From: Bugula neritina
Taxonomy: Eukaryota; Animalia; Bryozoa
DNA: 64,000 bases
Assembly: GCA_964035545.1 (NCBI GenBank)
Contig: OZ037765.1
Location: 10,240,698-10,304,697, forward strand
Direction of reading: 5' to 3'
The position numbers and the translations under genes were made by a program. The notes beneath the pieces are model-generated. The model made no database searches. It saw only the letters and a list, made by a program, of their open reading frames with translations, and was not told the origin of the DNA. This document shows positions 51,401-64,000 of the stretch, one piece after another; within the stretch, counting starts at the first letter, position 1, and the number at the start of each line of letters is the position of its first letter.

Positions 51401-54400
51401 TTCAACAGAAATAGATTTAATGGATGCAAATACACCTAACCATAATGACTAGTTTTATTTTTTAGTAATTGGCAATAACTAGTAATTGCAACTTTTTTAT
51501 CATTGATTCTGTAATAGATGTTACTAGGGATGTTAGTGCTTTCAGTTTCACAGCTAATTAAACATATTCAAATATTATAGAAACACTAAGTTTACTACAG
51601 TATTAGTAATTTGACAACACACTGGTATATGGTTGTCTCTTCATATACAATTGAGACCACAGTCAGAGCAACAAAATCAAGATATATTCAGACACTTATG
51701 TGCACACCTCCAAGATACAAATTACTTTGTATAATAAGTTTATACAAAACCCATTAATAAACCTTACAATAAAAAAATTTCAGTCAATTAAATTGAAAAA
51801 TTATATAGTCATGAATTTATTAAGTTTTATCAGTTGCTAGTGAAAAATGCATACCTCAACAATGTCTAAATCAAATTTATCTTTCATTTGAATAAATTAT
51901 CTAATTTTGACTTTGAATAACAACTTAATTATATCAATTATTTAGTTGCAATGGACATTCATAGTTAAATTCCTTGAATATAAATAACGATTATAAAAGT
52001 TACATTTTTAATAAATTAAATCCATTACTAATAAATAGATTAATAATTTAATTCAAATGATTACTTTATGCAATATCTACATTTTAAACTGCATATAGCA
52101 CATCAAAAGCTTAAGTGGTCATTGCCGTGCTTTGGTGGCCATGCATGGCTCGCCAAAAACCGGTCAATAACATATTTTATATTGGAGAGCATTTAAAGAA
52201 CCATCTGGTGTTGAAACTATTAACCTCCAGTAAAAAACAAAGATGGAGTAGAAGTTCGATGACTAACCTCTGACGTTCACATCACCAATCTGTAGCAAGT
52301 GGTCATTGCTCTGTAGTCTACCATCCTACAGCATAAACACCATAGCAAAATGAAAACATTTGATGAACTGTGTGGGTTGAGGTAATGTGTAATTAACTGC
52401 AGTAACCTGGGAATGGCCTCAGGCCAGGGGCATTCATTTAGCCTGAAGAACTGCACTATTTAAACACTGAAGTCCTTTTTTTAGCAAAATCTTGCAGTGA
52501 ACTTAATAAAAATTGGTGTGTTGAAGACTAAAGTAACTAGTGAAAAGGACATAAATACCTATAATGCAAATGCAATTCCTATAATAAATCAAATCGGACA
52601 ATAAATTTCCCTAACCTTTTTAATATATGTATATCCTAAATAAAATAAAACATGCTAAAACTTACTTAACATAAAATTGTTTGAAAAATAAAGTTTAAAA
52701 ACTAAAAATAACAAAATAACAAAAATCAAAAACCAACTCCAAAACATTTGAAAAGTAAAGCTTTTAACAGCAACATTGCAGACAAAAATTTACAGTTCAT
52801 AAAAAATGGTATCCAACCACTTATTAATAATGGCTGGCATTATTAGTGATAACAAAATTAAGCTGGTAGAAGCTGCAGCTACTAGTATAGGTTAGGGAGG
52901 GCAATGAATTCCTTAATGAATTGTAATATAATTATGGAATCTAATAGTCCATCAACATACTTATTAAGTGAAGAGGCTGAAAAGGAAATTATTATGGAAG
53001 GGAACGTTATAATGGCGTATTACAAACTACAGCACAGGTGAAATGAACTCGACCCGTAGACAGTGGAACTCAAGGTAAAATAACTGCCTGCACAAGACAG
53101 CATGCTTAGCTGACTTAATTCAACTAAAATCTTATTTAAAGTATATAAATCACCACTGGGGAGTTTTTAAACTATTGTCTTGATTCCAGGAAACTTGAAA
53201 CATTTTACTGTCCTTCCTTTATAGATGAGTTAAAGGAAGCTGTTTAATGTGTCTATTGAACAGAGCAGTTCAGACACCTTGCTATAGCTGTCACTAATAG
53301 ATGACTATCTTGAACTATATCAAACCTTCGAAATTTTCACCTGCTGACAACACTAAAAGTGTTATAATTATATTACAGCAAACTTGCACTCTATATTAAA
53401 CTCATCAGTGATATTGCAGGTAGTTAATTTGGAACACGTTAGTGTGCCTAGGATGAAACTTTCTGAACTATAAGGTACAACTGAAATCGCACATATCTTA
53501 TATTATCAGCTGACAAAAGTCACCGACAGCCCCTACCTTGTCAGCAACTCCTCCAGGTAGTATAGTCTTTACCACCACTCCTGTACTCTTACCACCTATT
53601 ATACCAAAGCCAAGACCTGTTCCATCATTTAATAGATCGATGACTTCCACCTGTACGTACTCACTCGTGAGCTACAAAACAAGGAAAGAAGATGAGAGAA
53701 AATCAGAAGTTGTACAGACTTTGGTAAAAATGTTAAGAACATCATAGCGCACTAAACTGAATTAATATTTATCTTGCTGCTTAGTAACTAACTAAAATAT
53801 TCCAAGTTTGCCAATTAAAAAAACAAAATGTGGATATGTACTAAAAAGAAATTTCAGTATGTTGGTCTAGAGAGGGAATTTACTTGCCAAACAGGCCTTC
53901 TAATTCAGTGACAAGTGGCTACTCTTACTGGAGAAGCACCGATGAACATTTGAAATATAGCATAAATTTACGTACTTCAAAATATAATATAAATTTATGT
54001 ACTTCAAATACTATTTAAAATTCCTTAGAAATACTAAAACTTCTTATGGTTTAGCCATTCATTGCTAACAACCAAACTTATTGGTGGGCAGATAGATTAT
54101 CCAAAACCTCTTTCAAAATGCTCAGAATTTCACACTTGTGATTTTCATAAAGTATTGCCAAATTTGAAGATTATGTATTTTTCAAATCTTTAAGAAATGT
54201 GTTTCCATATATCTAGATAAATCATAACACATTTCTTCAACTTTTCCCCTTATACTTGTCACCCATCAACTTGGTCTTTTCCAAGAGTGTTCATTCAAAT
54301 AGCAAGGACCACAAAGATATTTGCTATCTTCAGAAAAATTTCAAACTTGAAACATTGAAAATAAATTTTTGGAAAAGTTGAGATATGAAGTAATAAAGGT

Positions 54401-57400
54401 TGAATGACTATTTCTGAAGATACAACTATTCTCCATTAAGCCAGCAGGAGTTTACGTAGGTTATACATGGGTGAGATACTGGAACTGGGTTTTACTTGGG
54501 TTATTGCAGCAGCAGCACCACCCTAATTAATCCAACAAAACTAAGATATATTTCTCCAAGCTCCTTTCACTCAAGGCTCTATACCACTACACTTTCAATG
54601 GACTAAGATATTCTCAGCCACTCAACCGAATGCTATAGGCAGTTTTTAGTGAATGTCATTTACCCTGCAGCCTAATTAGACTATAGAGATTCTTTTTCAG
54701 CAAACATCAATAAAATGAGTTAGTCAGTAGGGAACATACTCAACTCTCTATATATATATATAAATGACTCAACAGCAAGATATATGCCATCTATAACATT
54801 AGCATTATAATTCTGGCATGTAAACTTTAGTTACACTGAGCTACACAGAGCTTACTATTATCTCTGCTATACTCTGTGACATAGAACTTGTAGAGGTCAA
54901 TGGACTCAGTAAATCAACCCTCCTTTAATATTAGTTATGAAAATCCCATAACCATTATATTATTCTATTACCTACTAAGTTGTGTTTTAGGAGGACATTC
55001 AACTTATTATTAATTCCATTTTTCTATTGATGTTAAGGCATATAATCATATTCTGATATCCACTATAATATAGACATTGGTTGAGTTCATGGAAGATGCA
55101 TAGGTTAAGCGAAGTTTAAATATTTCTTTTAAAAGTAAAACAAAATAATAAAAAAACCTACTTTAACTGACATCTAGTCAAAAGAAAAAAAATTATTGGC
55201 AACCCTAAACAAATAAGGGCATTGCTAAACAGGAAAAATCTTCAATTTTGTTCAATTTATAAGTTTTTTAAAGGTTATAAAATAATCTGGACAAATTGAG
55301 ACAACGGAAGGTTTCACTGGAATTATGTTAGCTATTAGACTAAGAAGACAAAATGCATGCGGCTAGCATGGCTTACCTCAGTTTTTACCCCCCCCCACCC
55401 CCAATGGTAGAAGAAATAGAGAGAAGATAGCCTTACCATATCAGTACTGGCTGTACTGGCAGCCCTCTGATGGTCCCCACCAGCGGACTGTGCTTGACCA
55501 CGGGCTACTACTATCTCCACCAGACCCTTGGCTTGCTGAAGAATATGTATGGCTTGTTTGTGTGATATGGTGGAGTCAAGCAGCTTACCGTCTATAGCCA
55601 GAATCTGATCACCTTCTTGCAATCGTCCATCTCTGCAATAAGACAGCTGCAAGTTATACACACCAGCCTATTAGCGGAAGAGCTGCCTCTATGCTGCTGC
55701 TGCTAACTAAGTAGCTGTTGAGTTGTCTATATCTCAAGGAGGTATAAAGTGACAGCAAAATGTCAAACACTTATGAATGGCACAGTTAATATGGTCAGCG
55801 TGTGTGTGTTAGCTGAACTGCACAGTGTATAAATATATACCAGTACTACTACTACTACTGCTACCTAATAAATTAACTGTGTAATTGAAAAAGCTAAAAT
55901 AGTGATGGATATCCAGTATTCATAAAAATCTATACTCTAATTTATGGAGTTCGCTTATTACAGCAACCAACTCAGACAATTAATTATAGTTTATGCGTTC
56001 TGCATGTAAACAGTTTGCCAGCTAATATAATACCATTTAGTTTACTATAAAAGCTCCCAACACCACTTGCCTAGTAAGAGAAAGTAAATCCAAATTGAAA
56101 TCCCAGTAAACCAGAGTTTAGCATGGTCTAGTTGACTCACCCACAAGCTTACACCTACCGCAGCTTAGTATGACTAACTATGGTGCTGCATTAGCAGCAC
56201 ATACACTGCCTGCATTGTACACTGGGGATATGCAGTATTGTGTATTCTTGCAATATAGCGCTGTTACAAACACTCTAGTGACTTTGACTATATTAACTAC
56301 GATAATCAATACTTATATTCTAACATTGATCTCGTATCACTGGCTTGTTATAACACCCTGTAATGGTAACGGGTAATAGTAGCAATTCATTCATATACTT
56401 TACTATAGCAGATTAAAAACAACTATTCCAAATATTAGAACAACATTTCAACTTAATATAGCTACTCAGAGCTAAAAAGGTCACATAAATATTATGAAAA
56501 GACTAAAAATATGCAGTTTGTACAAAACAGATATGAAGCAAAGCTAATTTACTAATAGAATTAAAGTCTTGTATTTTTTTGTCAAAAAAACTTTTAGTTC
56601 AAATTATAGATTTCTCTCAATATGAAAACAGCAGTTCAAACAATATTCAGACGGCAAGACATAACATACGCAGGTAAACATTGTCAGAGGATATTGGGCG
56701 CAGGTGATCAAACAATAGTTAATATTACACTGCTCACCGAAGGAGCGAAATGCTGATGCATGATGGTGTAAATACTCCTGCATACACACTAGTTTGCATA
56801 GCTTAATTATAAAACCAAGAATATCAATAACTGAAAGACAATCTGGAAAGTGCAGCCCAATCTTAAAACAATGAGGAGACTACTCCTAATTTTCCATACC
56901 CTTGTGCCAATAAAATTACTAGTTAGTGAAATTAGGCACAAAATCAAAGATCAAAAAATCAAAAGCAATTTTTTACGGAAGAATGTAGATAGGTTATCAT
57001 AACTCTCCTAATAATCATAAGGCTCTGTATTTCATCTTATAGATTATAATTACTTTTATCAAAGTATGCTTTTATCAGATAAATTTAGTCATTTTCAATG
57101 ATAAATAAAAATAAGCAGTTGAAAAGATTAAGCAACATTCTGATCAGTATCATTGAAGTTTCGATGAAAGAAAATCTTAACTTATTACTGCTTGCATACA
57201 ACTTTGTTCTAGGCAGTGTTAGGAGCACAAAATCCAAGTCAATTGACCATCTGCCATTGAATATTCAAGGGGTTTGTAGGGAGCATTAGATTAGCAGTTG
57301 ACCGTATATGGCTATATTATAGATGTAATAATGCAGGGAATGTGAACACTTTCCAATTTACACTGTATATAAACAACTTTGAAAACTGCAGAGAACCTAA

Positions 57401-60400
57401 CTGTAAGCTGTAAGTGTAATGAAAGACATTTCAGTCTAGGATCCAGTTCTACTTACTGGGCAGCAACTCCTGAAGGCTGCACTTGCTGTACAAATATACC
57501 AAGTTCACCTCTGTGTTCACTCCGAAGGCCAACTACGCTGAAACCAAGGCTTGTATTCTCCGCCTTATAGAGTTGAATTATCTCGATCTATAAAATTGTA
57601 TAACAAGAGCTGAAAAGAGCGAATTCCTTTTTAAGAAAGGGGTTTGTAATGGGGAAAAAACCTTGAAAAATTAAGTTCATCTCATACAAAAACCAAGTGC
57701 CAATGAAAATAAAGTTACGTTTATGTTTTGTTGGACAACTGAATTTTTTAAATAATCTGGTTATAATTAAACATGGGCATGATTTTACTAATTATCATTA
57801 CTTAATATTGTAAGTGTGATCACTATTGCCACTAACCCCACATCACAGAGTCATATACAAGTCTGGTAGATTGTAGGAAAAATTGTTCAAATGAAAGCTA
57901 CGAAAGGTGAGAAAAATACAGACAGACAGACAAACAAACAGACAGACAAACAGACAAGAGTAATACCTCACTCACACTGTCAACAAACAAGCATCATTTT
58001 TCAAGAGGAAAGGCACTACTACAGTGCAAGTAAAGGTACTACTACAGTGCAAGTAAAGGTACTACTACAGTGCAAGTAAAGGTACTACTACAGTGCCAGA
58101 AGAGGTAATACTACAGTTTATGTAAAGGTAATACCACCACTATTCAAGTGAAGGTAATGGCATGGTGAAAAAATGAGCCCTATATTCATCCAAAGTTTCA
58201 ACATAATGTAGTCATACTAAGCCATTATCCTAATTGACATTCCTCCAGTAAGCTTCAACTTTCTGGCTGGTTACTTCACAGATGTTGTGATATACTATGC
58301 TGTGATAAGTGAATGCAAAAAAACTGCAAGAGTTTTTTTGCAAAGGCCAATGGGGAGCTGAAGGGATAGGGGTGACCTGAGGGGGTAGAGGTGACCTGAG
58401 GGGGTAGAGGCAGGGATCAACATAGACAATGCAGTGTGAATGAGTCATAAACCTGTAGAAGCATTGAGTGTTCTCAGAATCTCCATCATGACATTCCATG
58501 CAATGCTTTTTGGTAGTGAAGGAGTTCTATATAGCTTAATTACAGATGTGAGAGTAGGCAACTCCCACTTACTATAAACTTGGGTAATCCCAGTACATAC
58601 GTAATACAGCTTGTAGTCTGGGTATCAGAATATGTTACAAACCTTTCGGCCTTGAGCAAGTGAATTGATTGCTGACTGGAGGTCATCCTCGCTGTTGTGA
58701 TCTGACGCTGACGCCAAAGAACCTTCTCTCTGGTGACTAAACTCATCTCCATCGCCCAACTCGGAGTCTTGAGTCATCTAATCCAAATAAAAGCCGATAC
58801 GATAACATGTGACATTGAAGGGTGCAGTAGTACATATCCAATATATACATTAGTAGCAAAAGGCTAGCCTACTCTTTCAACACTTCAATCTAGTAATTGT
58901 GTTTTGTTATATTGCTACATTTAGTTAGAAGTGGGAGGAAAAAATACATACATCGATGAGGCTCAATAGCACTGCAGCTAGGTGAGGCGCACCAGTAATG
59001 AATGGTTGACATTCGGTTGAAACTTTGATAGTAAGTGCTAGTAGTTGATGCTAATGTAGGCACTGAGATGGTTTATCTGCGACAATATTAGGTTAATTTT
59101 TGTCAAACTCTCTAAACGGTCAAACTGAAGTGTTAAATTGAAAGGACACTTGAAGTTCCAACTAACAGCAAAGTTGATTGAAAATGCATATGATATTAGA
59201 AGTACATATGGGCTGAAAGCTGAGCCTTTGACTGACTGACTGACTGCCTGACTGACATCTATGACTCACTCATTTCTTCTAGCACATACCAAATATTCTT
59301 TTAGCTATACCCAATAAAAAGTTTTATTCAAATTATAATATAATATTGAAAGTGACTGATAATTCTGGTAAACAGACTGGCAGTGTAGAGCCACCTATGG
59401 GTTGTTTACGATTTGGTTGACTGACACTACGCAATACTATAATACATACGTAATACTATAATACATAGTGTATACTAAATTGGGTAGCAAAATGTCAACT
59501 TGGCTTTTGGCCATATAATATCTTCATTTGGTAAAGCTACAGCCTGATATGTAAAAGGAAGTTGGAAAACTTTAGCTGGTAGAACAAACAATAGTCAACA
59601 CAAGTCATACAAGTAAACAAAATCCAACATGTTTGTGATTGCTTACAAACTAATATTGAGCAACAAATTGTTTACCAATGGCAGCAAAACAAAACTAGTG
59701 ACGTAACTTTTAAGATAAAAGTCTAAACTTTTGAAAACTCCCATTTTAAAAAGCTAGATTAAAACTTTCTTCCTCTTTTGTATTAAAAAATTTCAACACC
59801 TTTGAGGGCAAGTTAGTGACAAAAATGTTACCAGTCACCTACAAATGGAACAACTAGCAGTGGGGATTGCTGCTAGTAGCCAACACTATTGGATGTTTTA
59901 TTTCCAATTGCATGACTCTAGACCTCAAAAGTTGAGACTTAGTCTTACACATCTAAATCCACCAGGCAACTCATTATTCATAAGCTTGACAGTCAATAAG
60001 AAATTTGCATACTTTCGTAGAGCATGTGATGTCAATTGGAACTGGTTATATTTAGGGGGAGCACAGGTACTAAGTTCTTGTTCTTATGCAAGACTCCACA
60101 GGCTACTAGTTCAAGAAGTAGCCCAGGCCTGCTTGACTCATCACTTGAAGTGATTGCTCCATCTATTTTCTATATTATTTACCAAAAACAGAAATCTTAC
60201 TCAGCTAGCATACATAGGCACGAGATCAACAGCCGATGTAGGGTACGCTGCTGTACACAGATTCAATAAAACTAAGAACTCAAGCTATACCTCTTCTCTG
60301 ACAGCTGCAAGAGACTCCTGAATGGTGACACACTGCTGGAACAGCTGCGAGTTGAGCATAGCCTGTACAGAGGCCAATTCATTGTCCAGGGAGTTGTCAC

Positions 60401-61580
60401 CACCTGCACTCAGTCTACTCTGGATAGACTGCAGTATCTGAACCGCCTGCTCGCAATCTATCAACAAGTGTAAAGACTTTAAAAGAACAGCACATAAACA
60501 TGGTGTGGTTACATTGAATCACTATAAAACAGAGAATCAGTTGATGCTTAAACACGAAAAGGTGAACAGCAGAAAACTGAACTAGTACTGAAATTTATCC
60601 TAAATCGGTTTAGTAGGATTCGATTGGCTTGGGTAGAAAAGGCAGTAACTTGCCCTTTAGTCTTGGTACCAGCTTGTTTTCACAAGTAGAGTTGTACAGC
60701 CAGCTACACCAATACAACTATACCAGTTTAAAATGAATGTATAATATATTATCCAGATGGAGTTATGAAAAATGAGAACGCAGTAGGCTTAATGTTTTAA
60801 AAATTTGCAGGTAGTTCAATGGTAATGTTGACAATTGATGTATGGCTTAACCTAGCTGCTTACCGATGCCAGTTAGTTTACAAACACCAATGAGCAGTTG
60901 ATGGGACTAACTGCATTCCAAATCTGTGATGAATTATGAGAATACAACTAACGAGGTTATGAAGAACGTCGTTGTGACCCATAAATGCAAGCCCTAGTTA
61001 CATTGTAACAGGCTAGCTGTTATATATAGCTACTAAATTGTAATCTTTGTTGAGCCATAGCCTAAATCACATGATTTCCTATACAGTGCAACACTTAGAC
61101 TAAATCAGAGGTGGTAACACCTAAATTTCTTCTACTAGTTACAAACCGTTTTATATATTAGTTACTACCACAACTATGCCGTGCACTCTAATGACCACAA
61201 TTGGGTGTTCATCAACCTACACATTGCGAAGTCTGACGTATAGATGAGCTAACACATTTACAGCGAGCAACATAGCCAACTGATTTGTGAGCTATGCCAT
61301 AAACATTCAGCCTTATCTACAAATAATATCTTTAAATCCTAGATAACTCATGAAATGACCATTCTAAATGACTAATCTGTGAGCAGTGAAGGGCTAAATA
61401 ACAACGTATGTTGGATGCTGTAGCTTTATAAGTTACATAACTGTACAATAAAACAGTTATATCACGTCGCTCGGGTATTAGTTCATTATGAGAGAGGAGG
61501 GAGGCTGTACAAAACTCTAGTTAGCCTGTATACTTAGTAGAGTTATTAGTATAGAAAACATTACCTGAGCTGAGAGCCAT
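32496..61580 (-). CDS. MPDZ: Multiple PDZ domain protein (MPDZ/MUPP1-PATJ family): L27 + 13 PDZ domains
   Basis: Starts MALSS|[16 protein letters not shown] (L27; exons 61580-61565, 60457-60291). I count 13 PDZ domains, e.g. SLGFSVVG ~57540, GLGFGIIG ~53600, GLGITIAG ~50420, DLGISLEG ~48610, GLGFSILD ~47690, SLGISIVG ~40300, GLGFAIMD ~37070, GLGLSIVG ~36010 and ~35145, GLGFSIVGG ~32720. Ends VVPAPT*. Small in-frame exons at 46788-46699, 45408-45379, 44918-44883. Confidence 0.93.
34415..34636. repeat. TAATATTACATTA-like units followed by (TA)n microsatellite
   Basis: Direct inspection. Confidence 0.9.
38837..39490. repeat. 21-bp minisatellite (TGTGGTATACACTATAATACG), interrupted by a hAT-like element
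   Basis: About 13 units at 38837-39120 and about 2 further units after 39455. Confidence 0.92.
39122..39447. mobile_element. hAT-like MITE
   Basis: CAGG...GTTGGACACCCCTG with 8-bp flanks TTATACAC / TTATAGAC; left TIR internally deleted; a related right end occurs at ~31600-31655. Confidence 0.72.
51320..51395. repeat. (TA)n microsatellite
   Basis: Direct inspection. Confidence 0.95.
58009..58120. repeat. 23-bp tandem repeat (AAGGTACTACTACAGTGCAAGTA), ~4-5 units
   Basis: Direct inspection. Confidence 0.85.
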
Positions 61581-64000
61581 ATCTGAATATTGTAGGAATC
61601 TTTCAGTAGAAACAAGTAGCACTAGCAACTGGTAAACTTTGAACTCAAGGCATTCTAAAAATGTACATGATTAACATTAAATAGCAATAGTATACGTGTC
61701 CAAGATGAGATGAACATACAAAGTCTCACCACACCAGCTCAGCATGGACTGTAGCTGTGACAAATATAAAGAAAAACGTTAGTAACTAAACCCACTGATA
61801 GATGTTTTGGATTATTGTATTTAGTTATTGTCATAGTGTTGACATGAAGATGTACACAAAACCATACAGATGCCTACTATAAGTTTATGTTAATTAAACT
61901 TGTATGCAAAGATGTGGACTTGTTTTAAACTCAATTCATAATGGTTACTAGACACAACCGCTCTACTAAAGGAGGCAGATAATCTCCCTGAACAATTGTT
62001 CTCTAGAACAAAAACTTTGCCTTCCATAAACTCAAAAAAAATCTACTCGATTTCTAAAGTCTGCCTTTTAACAAACTAGCTCTATTTAGCTTTAGAGAGA
62101 TAAATTGAGCAAATGAGTTGCCAATTAAAAAGTTGCACAGTTTAATCAGAAATTATCCTAGATTAATATTCATTTGTATTAATATTTATTTGTTTATTAT
62201 TTCATTGGTTAATGTTCTGTTATGTTATCAAGGCATGGTCAATCAACATACCATACTGAGCTCAAGTATGCAATAAAAAACTATGAAGATGCTTCAAAAG
62301 TGCTAAATCTACACAACAACAGTAGATGAGTATCAGAGAGAAATCTGAAGAGCTATAAATAGCTTTATCTTATTTTTGGCCCAAAAAGTAAAAGATACTT
62401 ATAAGTATTTACAAAAATACAATTTACATACTTAAAAATGGAAGCTGTATAGTTGGAGGTAGGTGCAGTAATGGAAAAATTGAAAAAAGCCTGTGTTATA
62501 GATTAGAAATGTAGCAAGAGAAGTTATGGACTCAAGAGAATTTCAACCTATGCCCCAAACCAAAATTTATTATGCAAACTAAGGAACCCACTTCAAAAAA
62601 TTTTCCCACTATTGTACCTAAATGGTGAACTTTAAGGGTGCCGCAGGTCTTCTATGTGATAAAATATTAACAATAAAAACTGGGTCATAAAATAATTTGA
62701 TTAAAATTATAAATTATAATAATTTATCATTTTAATAATTATAACTGATCACATTTTGATATCCAGAACGTTGACAAGAACACAAGTTGGGGGCAAAAAT
62801 TAAAAAACCGAAACGGCAAGACTAGGACTTTCTAGGAGTAAAACAGAAGAGTGAGTTTCAAACTTGGAAAAATGGAATGGGTGATTATCTATCAATTTCA
62901 TTGCGAGTTTAAATAATTACTGTTCGAAATGATGGGGAAAAAATAGAGTAACGATAATGATTTGCTAGAAGTGAAGCAATCAAATAAAAATATTGTTATC
63001 CTTGAGACAAAAGACATCATTTGACTTTAAAAGTAACTATGCTCGGTCATACAATAAAATTAATGATTGAGACACACATCTTGTCACAGATATGAGAAGC
63101 AATTGTAAGTGACAGACACAGTTGCTGCAAATAATTGAGCTTAAAAATTTGCTGAAGCACCGATAGGCATACACTATATTTAGATCAATATGTTGAACTT
63201 TCAAAGTTATGACTGTGAACATATTTACCATCAAACATTTATTACACAATGAAAACTGAGTCAGCTGTTTCATCTATGCACTACTGCTTTTCAATTTTAT
63301 TACTGCACTCCAGTATGTCATTTTATTGCAATTGTTGAAATATTTTTAGCAAATATATTCAAACTTCAATAATATGCAATAATTTTAGCTGATTAAACAA
63401 TTTCTTTACTTTAAAATGAACAAGGACTTGGGCTTACTATAGAGAATGAGCATTAATATATATATGTTGGGTTTAAAGTAGTGTATGTAACTATTTTCCA
63501 CAAATTTAGTTCCTCATTGATTTAATAGTTACTTAACTTTGACCAAGTTTAAAGCAAATGTGTAAAAATGAGCACAAGGACCTCTAACTTGAGTTTAATA
63601 GACACACTAACAGTAAGGCAATCACAAGAAAACTTATTAACTTATATACAAAATATTATCTAATTCTATAAATGTCAAGCTTTTCCAATCTCTGACACTG
63701 ATTTAGAACATTTACAGTGTTGCTGCAGGGTAACTGTGAACCAGTTTAATGACATACTATTAACTAAACTATTGACTCAAAATTTAAACTGAATACCATA
63801 CTCATTGCAACAGGTGTTTACATTGAACTTCAGAAAAATTTCATATGTTAATTTGGAATCACTAAGTGAAACATTGAAATGAAGCTCAGTATTATAAATA
63901 TTAATGATTATCAATCAATAAATAAGTACGAAAAATTAAAGGCTTTCAACATAATTATAAAGTCCAAAGTCGAAATCATTAACAACACATTAATGATTAA

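Noticed and set aside
58352-58415. Functional G-quadruplex
   Set aside because: G-runs arise largely from a 20-bp tandem duplication in an intron; nothing else supports function.

Overview
AT-rich, intron-rich animal genomic DNA (invertebrate-like; species not determinable from sequence alone), with no prokaryotic features. I assembled spliced gene models by hand from GT-AG sites and reading-frame continuity. Left to right: first coding exon of beta-ureidopropionase (UPB1, minus); a secreted 10-Cys prokineticin/astakine-like gene (plus); a decayed RTE-like LINE; three tandem 8-exon monoglyceride-lipase-like (MGLL) genes (plus); a 4-exon 233-aa gene I cannot recognise (minus); splicing factor RBM39/Caper (minus); and a 29-kb L27 + 13-PDZ MPDZ/PATJ-family gene (minus). 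The strongest leads are: (1) the lipase cluster holds one intact copy, one damaged copy, and one fully intact gene whose catalytic Ser is Ala (pseudo-enzyme) under a TATA + perfect C/EBP promoter; (2) a candidate RBM39 poison exon in the intron where vertebrates have one; (3) the orphan gene; (4) a ~38-bp element present twice with the same ends and long flanking direct repeats; (5) a TIR element inserted into a splice acceptor, with the empty site visible in the paralog; (6) a cassette exon inside a PDZ ligand-binding loop. Nothing here is confirmed by database search or expression data.
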